NCBI GenBank assembly: GCA_964586015.1
Contig: CAZPHK010000001.1
Coordinates: 25,081-89,080, forward strand
Source of the DNA: an uncultured Acidobacteriota bacterium
GTDB lineage: Bacteria > Acidobacteriota > UBA6911
DNA: 64,000 bases
Direction: 5' to 3'
Shown here: positions 48,482-58,217 of the stretch, one piece after another
How positions within the stretch are numbered: position 1 is the stretch's first letter
How the letters are laid out: each line of letters opens with the position of its first letter
The notes under the pieces: generated by a model
Told to the model about the DNA's origin: nothing
Database searches by the model: none
Seen by the model: only the letters and a program-made list of their open reading frames with translations
Made by a program: the position numbers and the translations under genes

Positions 48482-51451
48482 ATGACGATTGAGACAATCG
48501 CACATTACGAGATTCTGGAAGAGATCGGATCCGGAGGTATGGGAATAGTATACCGGGCCCGGGACACCAAACTTGGCCGGGAAGTGGCCCTGAAACTTCT
48601 GCCTGAAAAACTGGCGGACAACACCGTATATCTCCAAAGATTTCAACGCGAAGCAAGAGCGGCTTCCGCATTGAATCATCCCAATATATGCACTATTTAT
48701 GAAATCGGGGAACATCAGGGCCGCCATTATATCGCGATGGAACTCCTGGAAGGGAGAACCCTGCGAAGTATGATGCAGGGGAAACCGCTTCCCGTTGAAC
48801 AAGTTGTTCATACGGCTCTGCAGATCGCGGACGCACTGGAGGCGGCGCATTCAAAAAGAATCGTTCACCGCGACATCAAGCCCGCCAATATTTTCGTAAC
48901 CCACAGGGGACACATCAAAATTCTGGATTTCGGCCTGGCCAAATGGGCTGCCCCGAATCCGGATCTTCCCGAATCGAAACCCGACAATCCCGGTTTAAAA
49001 ATGAGCGATATCACCTCCGAATACATAAGTGCCCCTCAGGTAACGATAGGAACGCTGCCCTATATGTCGCCCGAACAGGCTCTGGGAGAAGAACTGGATA
49101 CCCGGACCGACCTTTTTTCTCTGGGAACCTTGCTCTATGAACTTTTGACCGGCACCGCGGCTTTTAAAGGAGTCCATCCCCCGGTTCTTTTCCAGGAAAT
49201 TCTGACCAAAAACCCCATACCATCCATGCAACTGAATAAGGAAATCCCTCCCAAACTGGAGGATATTGTTTCCAGGTTGATGGAAAAGGATCGCGATCTT
49301 CGCTACCAGACAGCGGCCGATCTATGCGCCGACCTGAAAAGAGTGAAAAGGGATATGGAGGTTAAACACTCCATATCCGGAATGGCTTCGGCGAGTACCG
49401 TACGTTCATGGCATCCCGACAGTCTGCAGCATGTAAGAGCGGCATCTCCGGCCAAAGAGATCGGCAGACTTCGGAACATCAAATTCATTCGCTCCTTGCG
49501 AAAGCGAAAAGCAGTAGTGGCATCGGCGTTCGTTATAGTCCTGATTCTCGCAGGCATTTTCATATTTCCCCTGAGAGGCTCCAACTATTATCCCTGTATA
49601 GAATTCCTGAATTTTGAAGGAGGATCCGAATCCGTAGACGCCCAACTGGTCGGGTTTATACTAAAAAGAATACTGTCTCAATTTCCCGAAGTTACGGTGG
49701 TGGACAGCGAGGAATTCGACTACCTGACAAAAATTGAAAGAAACCGAAGGCAGGAGGAACGATCGAAAGTACACGGTCTGTCAAAGTTAAGAAACCTGTT
49801 GAGTTGGCAAAGAGAAACGCGTGAGCCGGCTATGACCGTTTCCGGCGAGGTAAGGGATTCCCTCGGACGGCTGGAGCTTATACTGACGTGCAAAATCAGG
49901 GGAGAAAACGAGATATTAAGAAAACGACTCCGCGGCGTGGATGAATTCCTGAATAAGGGGATCGATGAATTAATCAAAGATATGCTGCTGCGTTACGATC
50001 CGAAACTTGCAGAACGGCACATTACCGGGAGACAGCCCGATTACCGGCCGGCGGTCCAGCTCCTGTCCTCCAGTTGGGACTCATTGCGGCACTACTACCA
50101 GGGAGCCCGGGCATGGGAGCGCCTCGACATGAACACGTCGGAGCGCGAACTTCAAGCGGCCCTTGAAATTGATCCCCGCTTTGCCGATGCCCACCGCATA
50201 CTGGGAGAAGTGCGCGTTTTTCAGAATCAGTGGGATGCCGCACAATCGGAAATACTGGAAGCGCGCAAGGAATCAGGGGCGCTTACCGAGGTCGATCAGT
50301 TGCGAGTTGAAGCGCTTCTAGCCCGAGTATTCCTCAAGCCTTTTGCTGAAAGAGTCTATCTTCAAAAACTGATCGATCTTCAGCCATACAAAAAAGAATA
50401 TTTATATGAGCTTGCGGAGTCCTACTTTCATACGGCGGATGTTGAAGACGCCATCATTAAGTACCAGGACGCTCTGAGCCTCAACAACAAATATGAAAAA
50501 GCATACAATCATCTCGCCTATTGTTATTCCTGGCTCGGAGATCACGAACGGGCTCTGGAAACCTGTATGCGCTATCTGGAACTGGACGGGACTGCCAACG
50601 CCTATGACAGCATGGGAGACATCTACATGCAGGCGGGCGATTACGCCAAAGCCGAAGAAATGAAGCTGAAGGCGATCGACCTCGATCCGCAGATGTACTA
50701 TGCCAGCCGGATCCTGGCATATATCGACATGTTGCGCGGACGCAATCGGGCCGCGGAGAAACGACTGCTGTCGCTGCTTTCCTCCACCGAGGACAATACA
50801 CAGATAGCGCAATATTATGCGGCCCTGGCTTTTTTATATTACAGAAAAGGAGAGTTACAGCGCGGGCAGGACATGTGCCGACAGGGATTGAAACTTATCG
50901 GATCTTTTCAGAACGATGCCCCCATTGAAGAATTGATCTGGATGAACGGGTTAATCGAACTTGAAAGAAACAACATTCCCGCCGCCCGGCAGGCGCTGAA
51001 ACATTTAAATGAAATTCTCGAAATCAATAACATCAACAACCAGAACTACAAGCAGCCGCTCAAATTCTATCTGCATCTTTCGGCCCTGATTTTCGCTCAT
51101 GAAGGCAAGGTTCAGGAGGCAAACGAAAAAATCGCGGATATCGAATGGATAAAAGAAAAGCTGGGCTACTGGAGCACCGCGTACGATTACGCATTCTTTT
51201 TTGATGCCATCGGACAAATATACGAAACGCTGCATCAGATGGGAGATGCCGAGAGATCCTACCGGGAGGCCCTGTCCTATAACTCGCACTACGCGCTGGC
51301 CCGCTTTCATCTTGCCCGCCTTCTTGAAGGACAAGGCAGCATGGAAGATGCCCGCTTCGAACTGGAACTGTTTCTTGAGGACTGGAAAGAAGCGGATCCC
51401 GATGTGCGCGAACTGGTTGAAGCCCGTACAATTCTGAATTCCGGCCGATAA
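48482..51451 (+). CDS. Ser/Thr protein kinase fused to a large TPR-repeat domain, with a central TM segment
   Basis: 989 aa. Kinase motifs [35 protein letters not shown] helix ([17 protein letters not shown]) is followed by about 600 aa of TPR-like repeats. Confidence 0.85.
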   Translation: MTIETIAHYEILEEIGSGGMGIVYRARDTKLGREVALKLLPEKLADNTVYLQRFQREARAASALNHPNICTIYEIGEHQGRHYIAMELLEGRTLRSMMQGKPLPVEQVVHTALQIADALEAAHSKRIVHRDIKPANIFVTHRGHIKILDFGLAKWAAPNPDLPESKPDNPGLKMSDITSEYISAPQVTIGTLPYMSPEQALGEELDTRTDLFSLGTLLYELLTGTAAFKGVHPPVLFQEILTKNPIPSMQLNKEIPPKLEDIVSRLMEKDRDLRYQTAADLCADLKRVKRDMEVKHSISGMASASTVRSWHPDSLQHVRAASPAKEIGRLRNIKFIRSLRKRKAVVASAFVIVLILAGIFIFPLRGSNYYPCIEFLNFEGGSESVDAQLVGFILKRILSQFPEVTVVDSEEFDYLTKIERNRRQEERSKVHGLSKLRNLLSWQRETREPAMTVSGEVRDSLGRLELILTCKIRGENEILRKRLRGVDEFLNKGIDELIKDMLLRYDPKLAERHITGRQPDYRPAVQLLSSSWDSLRHYYQGARAWERLDMNTSERELQAALEIDPRFADAHRILGEVRVFQNQWDAAQSEILEARKESGALTEVDQLRVEALLARVFLKPFAERVYLQKLIDLQPYKKEYLYELAESYFHTADVEDAIIKYQDALSLNNKYEKAYNHLAYCYSWLGDHERALETCMRYLELDGTANAYDSMGDIYMQAGDYAKAEEMKLKAIDLDPQMYYASRILAYIDMLRGRNRAAEKRLLSLLSSTEDNTQIAQYYAALAFLYYRKGELQRGQDMCRQGLKLIGSFQNDAPIEELIWMNGLIELERNNIPAARQALKHLNEILEINNINNQNYKQPLKFYLHLSALIFAHEGKVQEANEKIADIEWIKEKLGYWSTAYDYAFFFDAIGQIYETLHQMGDAERSYREALSYNSHYALARFHLARLLEGQGSMEDARFELELFLEDWKEADPDVRELVEARTILNSGR

Positions 51452-51460
51452 GAGAAACCT

Positions 51461-52114
51461 ATGATTCGCGGTGTTTTATTCGATATGGATGGAGTGATTG
51501 CCGATACGCTGCATTATCACTACCTGGCCTGGCAATATATGTTTGAAAAACATGGAGGCTCCATCAGAGAACAGACTGTCCTGCTGAATGAAGGGCGAAA
51601 ATCCAGCGAAATTCTTCCACTTCTTATGCGGGAGTCCGGAATCCTGATTCCCGAAGAAAAACAGAATCAGTTCATTGAGGAAAAGCGTACCTACTATCGC
51701 AGAATAGCCAGGATCTCCCATTTCCCGAGATCTTTTGAAGTCGTTAATACACTGAAAGAGCGCGGATTCAGAGTCGCACTGGTTACGGCATCCGCTCTTA
51801 AGAATATGGAGCATTCCTTAAGCCCGGACCAAAGGGAATGTTTTGATTTCATTATGACCGGGGATGAAATTGAACGGGCCAAACCGGACCCGGAACCTTA
51901 TCTCACAGCCGCCCGGCATATCGGGCTGAAACCCGGGGAGTGCGTCGTTATTGAAAACGCTCCTCTCGGAATCGAAGCGGCGAAAGCCGCCGGCATGCAA
52001 TGCATCGCCGTAGAATCTACGCTGAAACGGGATCAACTTGCCTCCGCAGACTATATTTGCAAAGATATAGGCGAATTGATCGACAGTCCGCTGTTCCGGC
52101 GATCTTCATCCTAG
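51461..52114 (+). CDS. HAD-superfamily hydrolase (subfamily IA, beta-phosphoglucomutase-like)
   Basis: 217 aa. Motif I LFDMDGVI plus the conserved T/S, K and E.ap.G motifs of HAD subfamily IA. Confidence 0.75.
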   Translation: MIRGVLFDMDGVIADTLHYHYLAWQYMFEKHGGSIREQTVLLNEGRKSSEILPLLMRESGILIPEEKQNQFIEEKRTYYRRIARISHFPRSFEVVNTLKERGFRVALVTASALKNMEHSLSPDQRECFDFIMTGDEIERAKPDPEPYLTAARHIGLKPGECVVIENAPLGIEAAKAAGMQCIAVESTLKRDQLASADYICKDIGELIDSPLFRRSSS

Positions 52115-52776
52115 CCCGCCATCTTCAGAATCTCGACGACGAGTTTCTCCACACCATCGCCGACTTCCTTGATGCTCTGGGCCAGCATGTAACAGGGTGT
52201 GGTGACAATTCGGTTTTTGCCGTCCACTACAATCTCATCCACTTTTGCGTTGGTATGCTTCGCTCCCATCTGTTCCAGGGCGGCTGCAGTCCCGGGATCC
52301 GATCCTATTGTCAGTTCAACGGACCGGGATTGCCCGAACAGTCTGGCCAGAAGTGTCGGCGCGATACACAGGGCGCCGATCGGCTTCTTTTTGTCGAACA
52401 TGGATTGGAGCAGGGTTGAAACATCCTTATCAGCGGTGCAATCCGCGCCCTTTGAAGCAAAGTCCGTTAGATTTTTTGCAGCGCCGAATCCACCGGGAAT
52501 AATAATTCCGTCAATATCATCCGCATCGACCGTGCCGACGTCGCGTATGTCCCCACGGGCAATGCGGGCGGCCTCAATCATGACATTCCGCGTTTCACCC
52601 ATTGGCTCTTCGGACACGTGGTTGACAACGTCCGCCTGTGGTTTGTCAGGCGCCATGCAGACGATTTCCGCCCCATGCTTGCTCAAAAAATATAAAGTCA
52701 GTGTGGCTTCATGGATTTCACTTCCGTCCTTGACGCCGCATCCGGCCAGCAGTACTCCGATCTTTTTCCGGCTCAT
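52111..52776 (-). CDS. DJ-1/PfpI-family protein, ElbB-like glyoxalase
   Basis: Likely start MSRKKIGVLLAGCGVKDGSEIHE. The nucleophile elbow IGALCIAP is typical of ElbB/DJ-1. Confidence 0.65.
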   Translation of the reverse strand: MSRKKIGVLLAGCGVKDGSEIHEATLTLYFLSKHGAEIVCMAPDKPQADVVNHVSEEPMGETRNVMIEAARIARGDIRDVGTVDADDIDGIIIPGGFGAAKNLTDFASKGADCTADKDVSTLLQSMFDKKKPIGALCIAPTLLARLFGQSRSVELTIGSDPGTAAALEQMGAKHTNAKVDEIVVDGKNRIVTTPCYMLAQSIKEVGDGVEKLVVEILKMAG

Positions 52777-52858
52777 ATGTCCTCCCATCCTTCACGGAAT
52801 TAAAGAATGAAGATTGAAAATTCAAGATTACAGGATTGCCCGGTTTCCCGGCTGGATA

Positions 52859-53653
52859 TTAATTGGCGGTTCGGGAGGCCCTTCGCCTATAAAGGTAAAT
52901 CGGCAATCCGACAACTATTACAATTATAGCCACAAACTGCGACGTGGATAAGAGCCCTCCGAACACAAAGCCGCGATCTGCGTCTCCTCTGAAAAATTCA
53001 ATGATAAAACGAATGACTGCATAGAGAATTGCATAGGCGAGAATTATCTGTCCTTCAAAGCGCCTGCGGCCCGACAGCCATACGAGAAAAAAGAACAGGC
53101 AGAAGCAGGACAGGGATTCATAAGCTTGTGTGGGATGCAGGGGAATTCCAAGAGGCGTTCCAACTATTTCCGCGGCAGCCGGATCGGTAAAAGTCACGGC
53201 CCACGGGACGGTTGTGGGGCAGCCGTAATCGCACCCGGCCGAAAAGCACCCGATCCTTCCGATTCCCTGCCCCAGAGCAATAGCCGGACCACACAGATCC
53301 GCAATCCTCCAGCGGGGCAGTTCCCGGTGCCTTGTGAAATATATCATCGATGCGACCAGCGCCCCGATAAATCCTCCATAGAAATCGCCGCCGCTTTGCA
53401 GTGTTCCAAACGACCAGAATTCCGACGGGTGTTCCAGATAATAGGGCAAGGTTCGCAAAATCAACAGAAGTTTGGCGCCTACGATGGCCCCTATAATCGC
53501 CCACAGTCCGAGACCGGCCACCCGTTCCCGGTCTATGCCTTCCCGGCGCGCGCCGCGGTACAGCCACCAGTAGGCACAAAGGTATGCGGCAGCCAGGATC
53601 ACGCCGAAGGTGTGAAGAGTGAAATAAGGTGTGGTAAATAATATCGGATGCAT
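52859..53653 (-). CDS. lgt: prolipoprotein diacylglyceryl transferase
   Basis: 264 aa. Lgt signature QLYESLSCF-like region (PTQAYESL) and the G-rich GRIGCF.AGC segment. Confidence 0.85.
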   Translation of the reverse strand: MHPILFTTPYFTLHTFGVILAAAYLCAYWWLYRGARREGIDRERVAGLGLWAIIGAIVGAKLLLILRTLPYYLEHPSEFWSFGTLQSGGDFYGGFIGALVASMIYFTRHRELPRWRIADLCGPAIALGQGIGRIGCFSAGCDYGCPTTVPWAVTFTDPAAAEIVGTPLGIPLHPTQAYESLSCFCLFFFLVWLSGRRRFEGQIILAYAILYAVIRFIIEFFRGDADRGFVFGGLLSTSQFVAIIVIVVGLPIYLYRRRASRTAN

Positions 53654-53881
53654 GAGACTGAAACTATAAACCTTCCTTTAAAAACGTTCAAGGCGGTCGA
53701 AACCTGCGCTTCCTTTTTACGGCGCCATTTCTGCGACAGATCTTCGCGAAGCGAATATACTACCGGAGCCGCAATCAGTCGACTCCTCGATAAAATGGGA
53801 GTAGCCCTTCACTATACTGAGTTTAGTCTGTCCCGGCAACTCCCGGTTGAGCCATAGACGACTTATAAACTGAACCATTCG

Positions 53882-54886
53882 TTATTCGTTTTTCAATGAG
53901 CGCTCCATGAGTTCCCGGATTGCTTCCTGCGGCGAGATTTTATTCTGCAGTATTCGGTAAACCTGCTGCGTAATCGGCATTTCGACCCCGCGACGACCGG
54001 CAAGCTTTACCGTTGCGCCGGTCGTGTTCACTCCCTCGGCGACGGTATTGGTGGATTCCAGTATCTCCCGCAGATTCTTTCCCATGCCGAGCTGGACGCC
54101 GACGCTGCGATTTCTGCTCAGATTACCTGTGCATGTAAGAACCAGGTCGCCTAATCCCGCAAGTCCCGACAGGGTTTCATTGCGGGCTCCGCAGGAGCGT
54201 CCCAGCCGGGAAATTTCCGCCAGCCCTCTTGTTATCAGCGCAGCCATTGGATTATGGCCCAGCCCGAGCCCCTCAATAACCCCGGCGGCTATGGCGATGA
54301 CGTTTTTGACCGCTCCGCCAAGTTCGACCCCTGTAACGTCCGCGGATGTATAAAGTCGCAGCTTCCTTGAAGAAAAGTCCTGCTGTACTGAATTTGCGAC
54401 ATCCGGATCCCGTGAAGCTACGACGACGGCAGTCGGGTGCCCGAGCGCTACTTCCAAGGCAAAGCTGGGACCGGACAGAACCGCTATTTGCGGCTGAAAG
54501 CGCTTCTCCAGGACGTCCTGAATCACCTCGCTCATACGCATCAGGCTTCCCTCTTCCAGTCCCTTCGTCGCACTCACAATAGTCATGTCCGGTCTAAGAA
54601 ACGGCAGCATTCTTTCATACAGGGGGCGGCATGCATGGGAAGGCATGACCGTAAGAACGTATTGAACGTCGGTGATCGCCTCGGCCATATCGGTTGTCGG
54701 ACGTATCGACTCCAGAAGCGTTATTCCCGGAAGATATTCCCGGTTTTCTCTTCCGGTATAAATACTGTCCGCCACTTCCCTTTCGTATGCCCAGAGACGG
54801 ACTTCATGGCTTAAACCAGCCAGGGACTGCGCCAGGGCGGTTCCCCAGCTTCCTGCGCCGATAATCGCGATTGCTTTTCCTTTCAA
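53882..54886 (-). CDS. gpsA: NAD(P)H-dependent glycerol-3-phosphate dehydrogenase
   Basis: 334 aa. N-terminal IIGAGSWGTALA Rossmann motif and GpsA motifs (GLAGLGDLVLTCT, NRNR.VG). Confidence 0.9.
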   Translation of the reverse strand: MKGKAIAIIGAGSWGTALAQSLAGLSHEVRLWAYEREVADSIYTGRENREYLPGITLLESIRPTTDMAEAITDVQYVLTVMPSHACRPLYERMLPFLRPDMTIVSATKGLEEGSLMRMSEVIQDVLEKRFQPQIAVLSGPSFALEVALGHPTAVVVASRDPDVANSVQQDFSSRKLRLYTSADVTGVELGGAVKNVIAIAAGVIEGLGLGHNPMAALITRGLAEISRLGRSCGARNETLSGLAGLGDLVLTCTGNLSRNRSVGVQLGMGKNLREILESTNTVAEGVNTTGATVKLAGRRGVEMPITQQVYRILQNKISPQEAIRELMERSLKNE

Positions 54887-54975
54887 CTCAGAAACCTCAT
54901 TTTAAAATCTTCAAAACGATCTTATTATAAGCATAATTTTCCATGGGGAAATGACAATAGTCATGCATATTACCG

Positions 54976-55005
54976 TTGCACGTTGAACGTTGAACGTTGA
55001 ACGTT
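54976..55005. repeat. tandem array of the palindromic heptamer GAACGTT (TTGCACGTT followed by three copies of GAACGTT) in the gpsA/rhomboid divergent intergenic region
   Basis: Seen directly: TTGCACGTTGAACGTTGAACGTTGAACGTT. A further TTGCACGTT sits 18 bp downstream at 55023-55031. Confidence 0.5.
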
Positions 55006-55063
55006 AAAAGAAAAAAGCATTGTTGCACGTTACAATCTAGACTTTCTGGCTTCTGTTTCACTG

Positions 55064-55089
55064 CAGGGCGAACACAAGGTTCGCCCCTG
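55064..55089. repeat. second copy of the GGGCGAAC-ACAAG-GTTCGCCC hairpin element
   Basis: CAGGGCGAACACAAGGTTCGCCCCTG, near-identical to 47803-47827, but here with no T-tract after it. Confidence 0.4.
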
Positions 55090-55219
55090 CCCGGCACGCG
55101 CGGCCTCTTTCATACCGGTTTGCAGGTTATCGCCATGATCCTGGCTTCCGGCTTCTGACTACTGTTGACTGTTTTTGTATAGTATATTGATAGACTGGAA
55201 TTTTTTCGAAGGGGTTTGA

Positions 55220-56035
55220 ATGTTCAAACGGCAAACGGAGGGGTCGATTGTCTGCCCCTACTGCGGAAAGCTCGTAGGCGTTAAAGACAAGGAATGCTGG
55301 AACTGCGGCAAACGAAATCCGGGCATGTGGGGATTCGCCCCCCTGCTGCGCCGTTTCGCCTACAACCTCAGCTTTACCTCGATCGTGACCTGGGCCTGCA
55401 CCGGTCTCTTCATCGCCACCCTGCTTTACGACCCAGGGGGAATCCGCCCCGGCGGCATGATGATAATGGAACCCAGTTCCGCCAGCCTGATAGTCTTCGG
55501 AGCCAGCGGCAGCATTCCCGTTTTCACACTGGGGAGGTGGTGGACCGTTCTGAGTGCCGGCTGGCTGCACGGCGGCATACTCCATATTCTTTTCAACATG
55601 CTTTGGATCCGCCAACTGGCTCCCGCAACAGCGGAACTTTATGGAACTTCCCGAACCGTGATTATTTACACGGTTGCCACCGTTACAGGATTTTCCCTCA
55701 GTACGCTGAGAGGAACTCCGTTGACGATCGGCGCATCCGCTTCCATTTTCGGACTCCTGGGGGCTCTGGTCGTCTACGGACGCAGGGGAGGCAGCAGCCA
55801 TATCAGCGGCCAAGCCATGACCTATGCCGTTATTTTGTTCGTTTTTGGCCTGATTTTTCCGGATGTCGATAACTTCGCCCATCTGGGAGGATTCCTGGGC
55901 GGCTTCGCGATTGCGTGGATTCTGAATCCGCTCCGGCAGGAGCGTGTAGAGCACTTTATTGCTTCGGTGATCTGCCTGGCACTTACAGCTCTTTCTATTG
56001 TTGCTTCTATTGTTTACGCGTACATACCCCTTTAA
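55220..56035 (+). CDS. rhomboid-family intramembrane serine protease with N-terminal zinc-ribbon
   Basis: 271 aa. CPYCG...CWNCG zinc ribbon, catalytic GASASIFG (GxSG) and AHLGGFLGG (catalytic His), and six or more TM helices. Confidence 0.75.
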   Translation: MFKRQTEGSIVCPYCGKLVGVKDKECWNCGKRNPGMWGFAPLLRRFAYNLSFTSIVTWACTGLFIATLLYDPGGIRPGGMMIMEPSSASLIVFGASGSIPVFTLGRWWTVLSAGWLHGGILHILFNMLWIRQLAPATAELYGTSRTVIIYTVATVTGFSLSTLRGTPLTIGASASIFGLLGALVVYGRRGGSSHISGQAMTYAVILFVFGLIFPDVDNFAHLGGFLGGFAIAWILNPLRQERVEHFIASVICLALTALSIVASIVYAYIPL

Positions 56036-56052
56036 TCCGTCAAGCGGCGCTT

Positions 56053-57117
56053 TTATCCTCCAAGTCGGATCATTTCAATCTTTTTCCTGGAATCCGGCCG
56101 GTATTCGCCTGAATTTATTGCCTCAAGGCGTTCTTCCGAATAGCGGTCCCGTCTGGCGCTCCAGATGGTGTGTATGGTAGAAAGAAGCTCCTCGTCGGTT
56201 GCGCCGCTGCGCATCAAATGTTTCAGATCGAATCCCTTATCTGAAAAAAGGCACAGCACCATTTTCCCGTCCGCCGTAAGACGCGTTCTTGTGCAACCCT
56301 CGCAGAACGGCTCCGTTACGGACGCAATAACCCCCACGTTCCCCGCGCCGTCCCGGAACCGGTAATCGACGCTTGGAGCGCTGCCGTCATTCCTTGAGCC
56401 CTCTTCCAGAGGAAACAGTTTGCTGATGATTTCCAGGATTTCCCCTTTGGAAACCATCTTTTCGGAAACCCAGTTGTTGGAATTTCCCACGTCCATATAC
56501 TCGATAAACCGTATCTGAAAATCGTTTTCTCGGGCAAACCCCACCAGCTCGGGTATGTCGTCGTCATTGACGCCGCGCTGGATAACCGAATTGAGTTTTA
56601 TCGGGCGCAATCCGCAACGGTTCGCCTCTATCAGTCCGGCGAGTACGTTTTCCAGGTCGTCCCTGCGCGTCATGATCTGGAATTTTTCCCGGTCAATGGT
56701 ATCGAGGCTCACGTTTATCCGGTTCAAACCCGCCTCTGCCAGGCCTTGCGCCTGCTCCTTCAGAAGGGATGCGTTTGTCGTGAGGGAAAGATCTTTCAAT
56801 CCCTCGATGTGCGCTATCTGTCTGACCAGGGAATCCAGATTATGACGCAGCAGAGGTTCGCCGCCGGTGAGACGAATTTCTTCGACCCCCAGCCTCACAA
56901 AGAGTCCCGCCAGTCGTGTTATTTCCTCAAATGTAAGGATTTCATGACGATCGATCCATTCGTACTTATCGAGCGGCATGCAGTAGGTACAGCGAAAATT
57001 GCACCGGTCGGTGACGGAAATTCTCAAATCCTTCAGCGGCCGCCCGAGGCAGTCGGTCAATTCACTAATCTGATTCCTGTCCATACTTAAAGCAAATCCT
57101 TCATAGCCATTGGTCAA
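56053..57117 (-). CDS. moaA: GTP 3',8-cyclase (molybdenum cofactor biosynthesis protein A)
   Basis: 354 aa. Radical-SAM CNFRCTYCMP cluster, the GG.PL.R motif, and a second C-terminal Cys cluster CEGCTRTR. Confidence 0.9.
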   Translation of the reverse strand: MTNGYEGFALSMDRNQISELTDCLGRPLKDLRISVTDRCNFRCTYCMPLDKYEWIDRHEILTFEEITRLAGLFVRLGVEEIRLTGGEPLLRHNLDSLVRQIAHIEGLKDLSLTTNASLLKEQAQGLAEAGLNRINVSLDTIDREKFQIMTRRDDLENVLAGLIEANRCGLRPIKLNSVIQRGVNDDDIPELVGFARENDFQIRFIEYMDVGNSNNWVSEKMVSKGEILEIISKLFPLEEGSRNDGSAPSVDYRFRDGAGNVGVIASVTEPFCEGCTRTRLTADGKMVLCLFSDKGFDLKHLMRSGATDEELLSTIHTIWSARRDRYSEERLEAINSGEYRPDSRKKIEMIRLGG

Positions 57118-57503
57118 TATACATCATAGCATGCCGGGCGGTGGAGTTATCCGGAAAATTACGGTCGGGAATTTTGCGGAACCGACTTGCAGGCCCGTAT
57201 TTCTCAATGATCCTCTACGCGGCCGCAAAACCAAGCCGGCCTCACCGGTCGGCAGAACGGCTGGCGTGCAATGGAGGCCGGACATAATTTCAATAAATTA
57301 ACGACTACTTTATGCCATTTTATAAAGGTTGATGTATCATGCAAACTTTTCCGTTTTATTTGTAACGCGCGGATTCGGAATAACAGCCGCCTGCCATGCC
57401 TTTTACGACATACTTTTAGGACTTGTTATCGGCTGGGAAATACGGACTCCATTTACGCTTTTCGGTTTCCGCGACACGGGGACGCACTTAAAAGGGATTC
57501 AAT

Positions 57504-58205
57504 ATGACGCATTTAATTTCTTACGTTATTTTCGATATGGACGGCCTTCTTCTCGACACGGAGCCCTTTTATACCGAAGCGCACACAATCCTCGCGGCAC
57601 GTTACGGCAAAGTGTTCGACTGGACAGTGAAATCGAAAATGATCGGTCTTCCCGCCCGATCTTCGGCCCGCGCCATGATCGATTCTCTAAATCTGCCCCT
57701 GTCGATCGAGGAATACCTTGAGATAAGAGCCCCTTTGCTGGAGGAGTTGTTTCCGAAAGCGGAGCCTCTGCCCGGAGCCGTTGCGCTGACCCGGCGCTTC
57801 CACGGCATGTCCATCCCCCAGGTAGTCGCGACCAGCTCCACGCAGCATCATTTCGATCTCAAAACCAGTCGACACAGGGAATGGTTCCGCATTTTCGAGT
57901 TTGTAATTACGGGCGACGACCCCGCCGTCGAAAGAGGCAAGCCCAATCCGGACATTTTTCTCCGGGCCGCCCGGTTGCTCCAGGCCCCCCCGGGGAAATG
58001 CCTCGTGTTCGAAGATTCCCCCGCAGGCATAGAAGCAGCGTGCACCGCCGGTATGTTCACTGTCGCCGTTCCGGATCACAACATGTCCGACAGCTCCTAC
58101 AGAAATGCCCACCGTATTATCCGAAGCCTGGAGGACTTTGATTTTTCCGACTGGGAATTCAGCTCCTGCCGGGATTGCATAAATTCCCGGCCCGGCCGGC
58201 CCTGA
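57504..58205 (+). CDS. HAD-superfamily phosphatase (subfamily IA)
   Basis: 233 aa. Motif I IFDMDGLLLDTE and later FEDSPAGIEAA motifs. Confidence 0.7.
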   Translation: MTHLISYVIFDMDGLLLDTEPFYTEAHTILAARYGKVFDWTVKSKMIGLPARSSARAMIDSLNLPLSIEEYLEIRAPLLEELFPKAEPLPGAVALTRRFHGMSIPQVVATSSTQHHFDLKTSRHREWFRIFEFVITGDDPAVERGKPNPDIFLRAARLLQAPPGKCLVFEDSPAGIEAACTAGMFTVAVPDHNMSDSSYRNAHRIIRSLEDFDFSDWEFSSCRDCINSRPGRP

Positions 58206-58217
58206 GTAAATTCTTCA

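Noticed and set aside
55127-55954. 275-aa minus-strand ORF overlapping the rhomboid gene
   Set aside because: The plus-strand frame carries clear rhomboid catalytic motifs. The minus-strand translation is Gly/Ala/Gln-rich low complexity.
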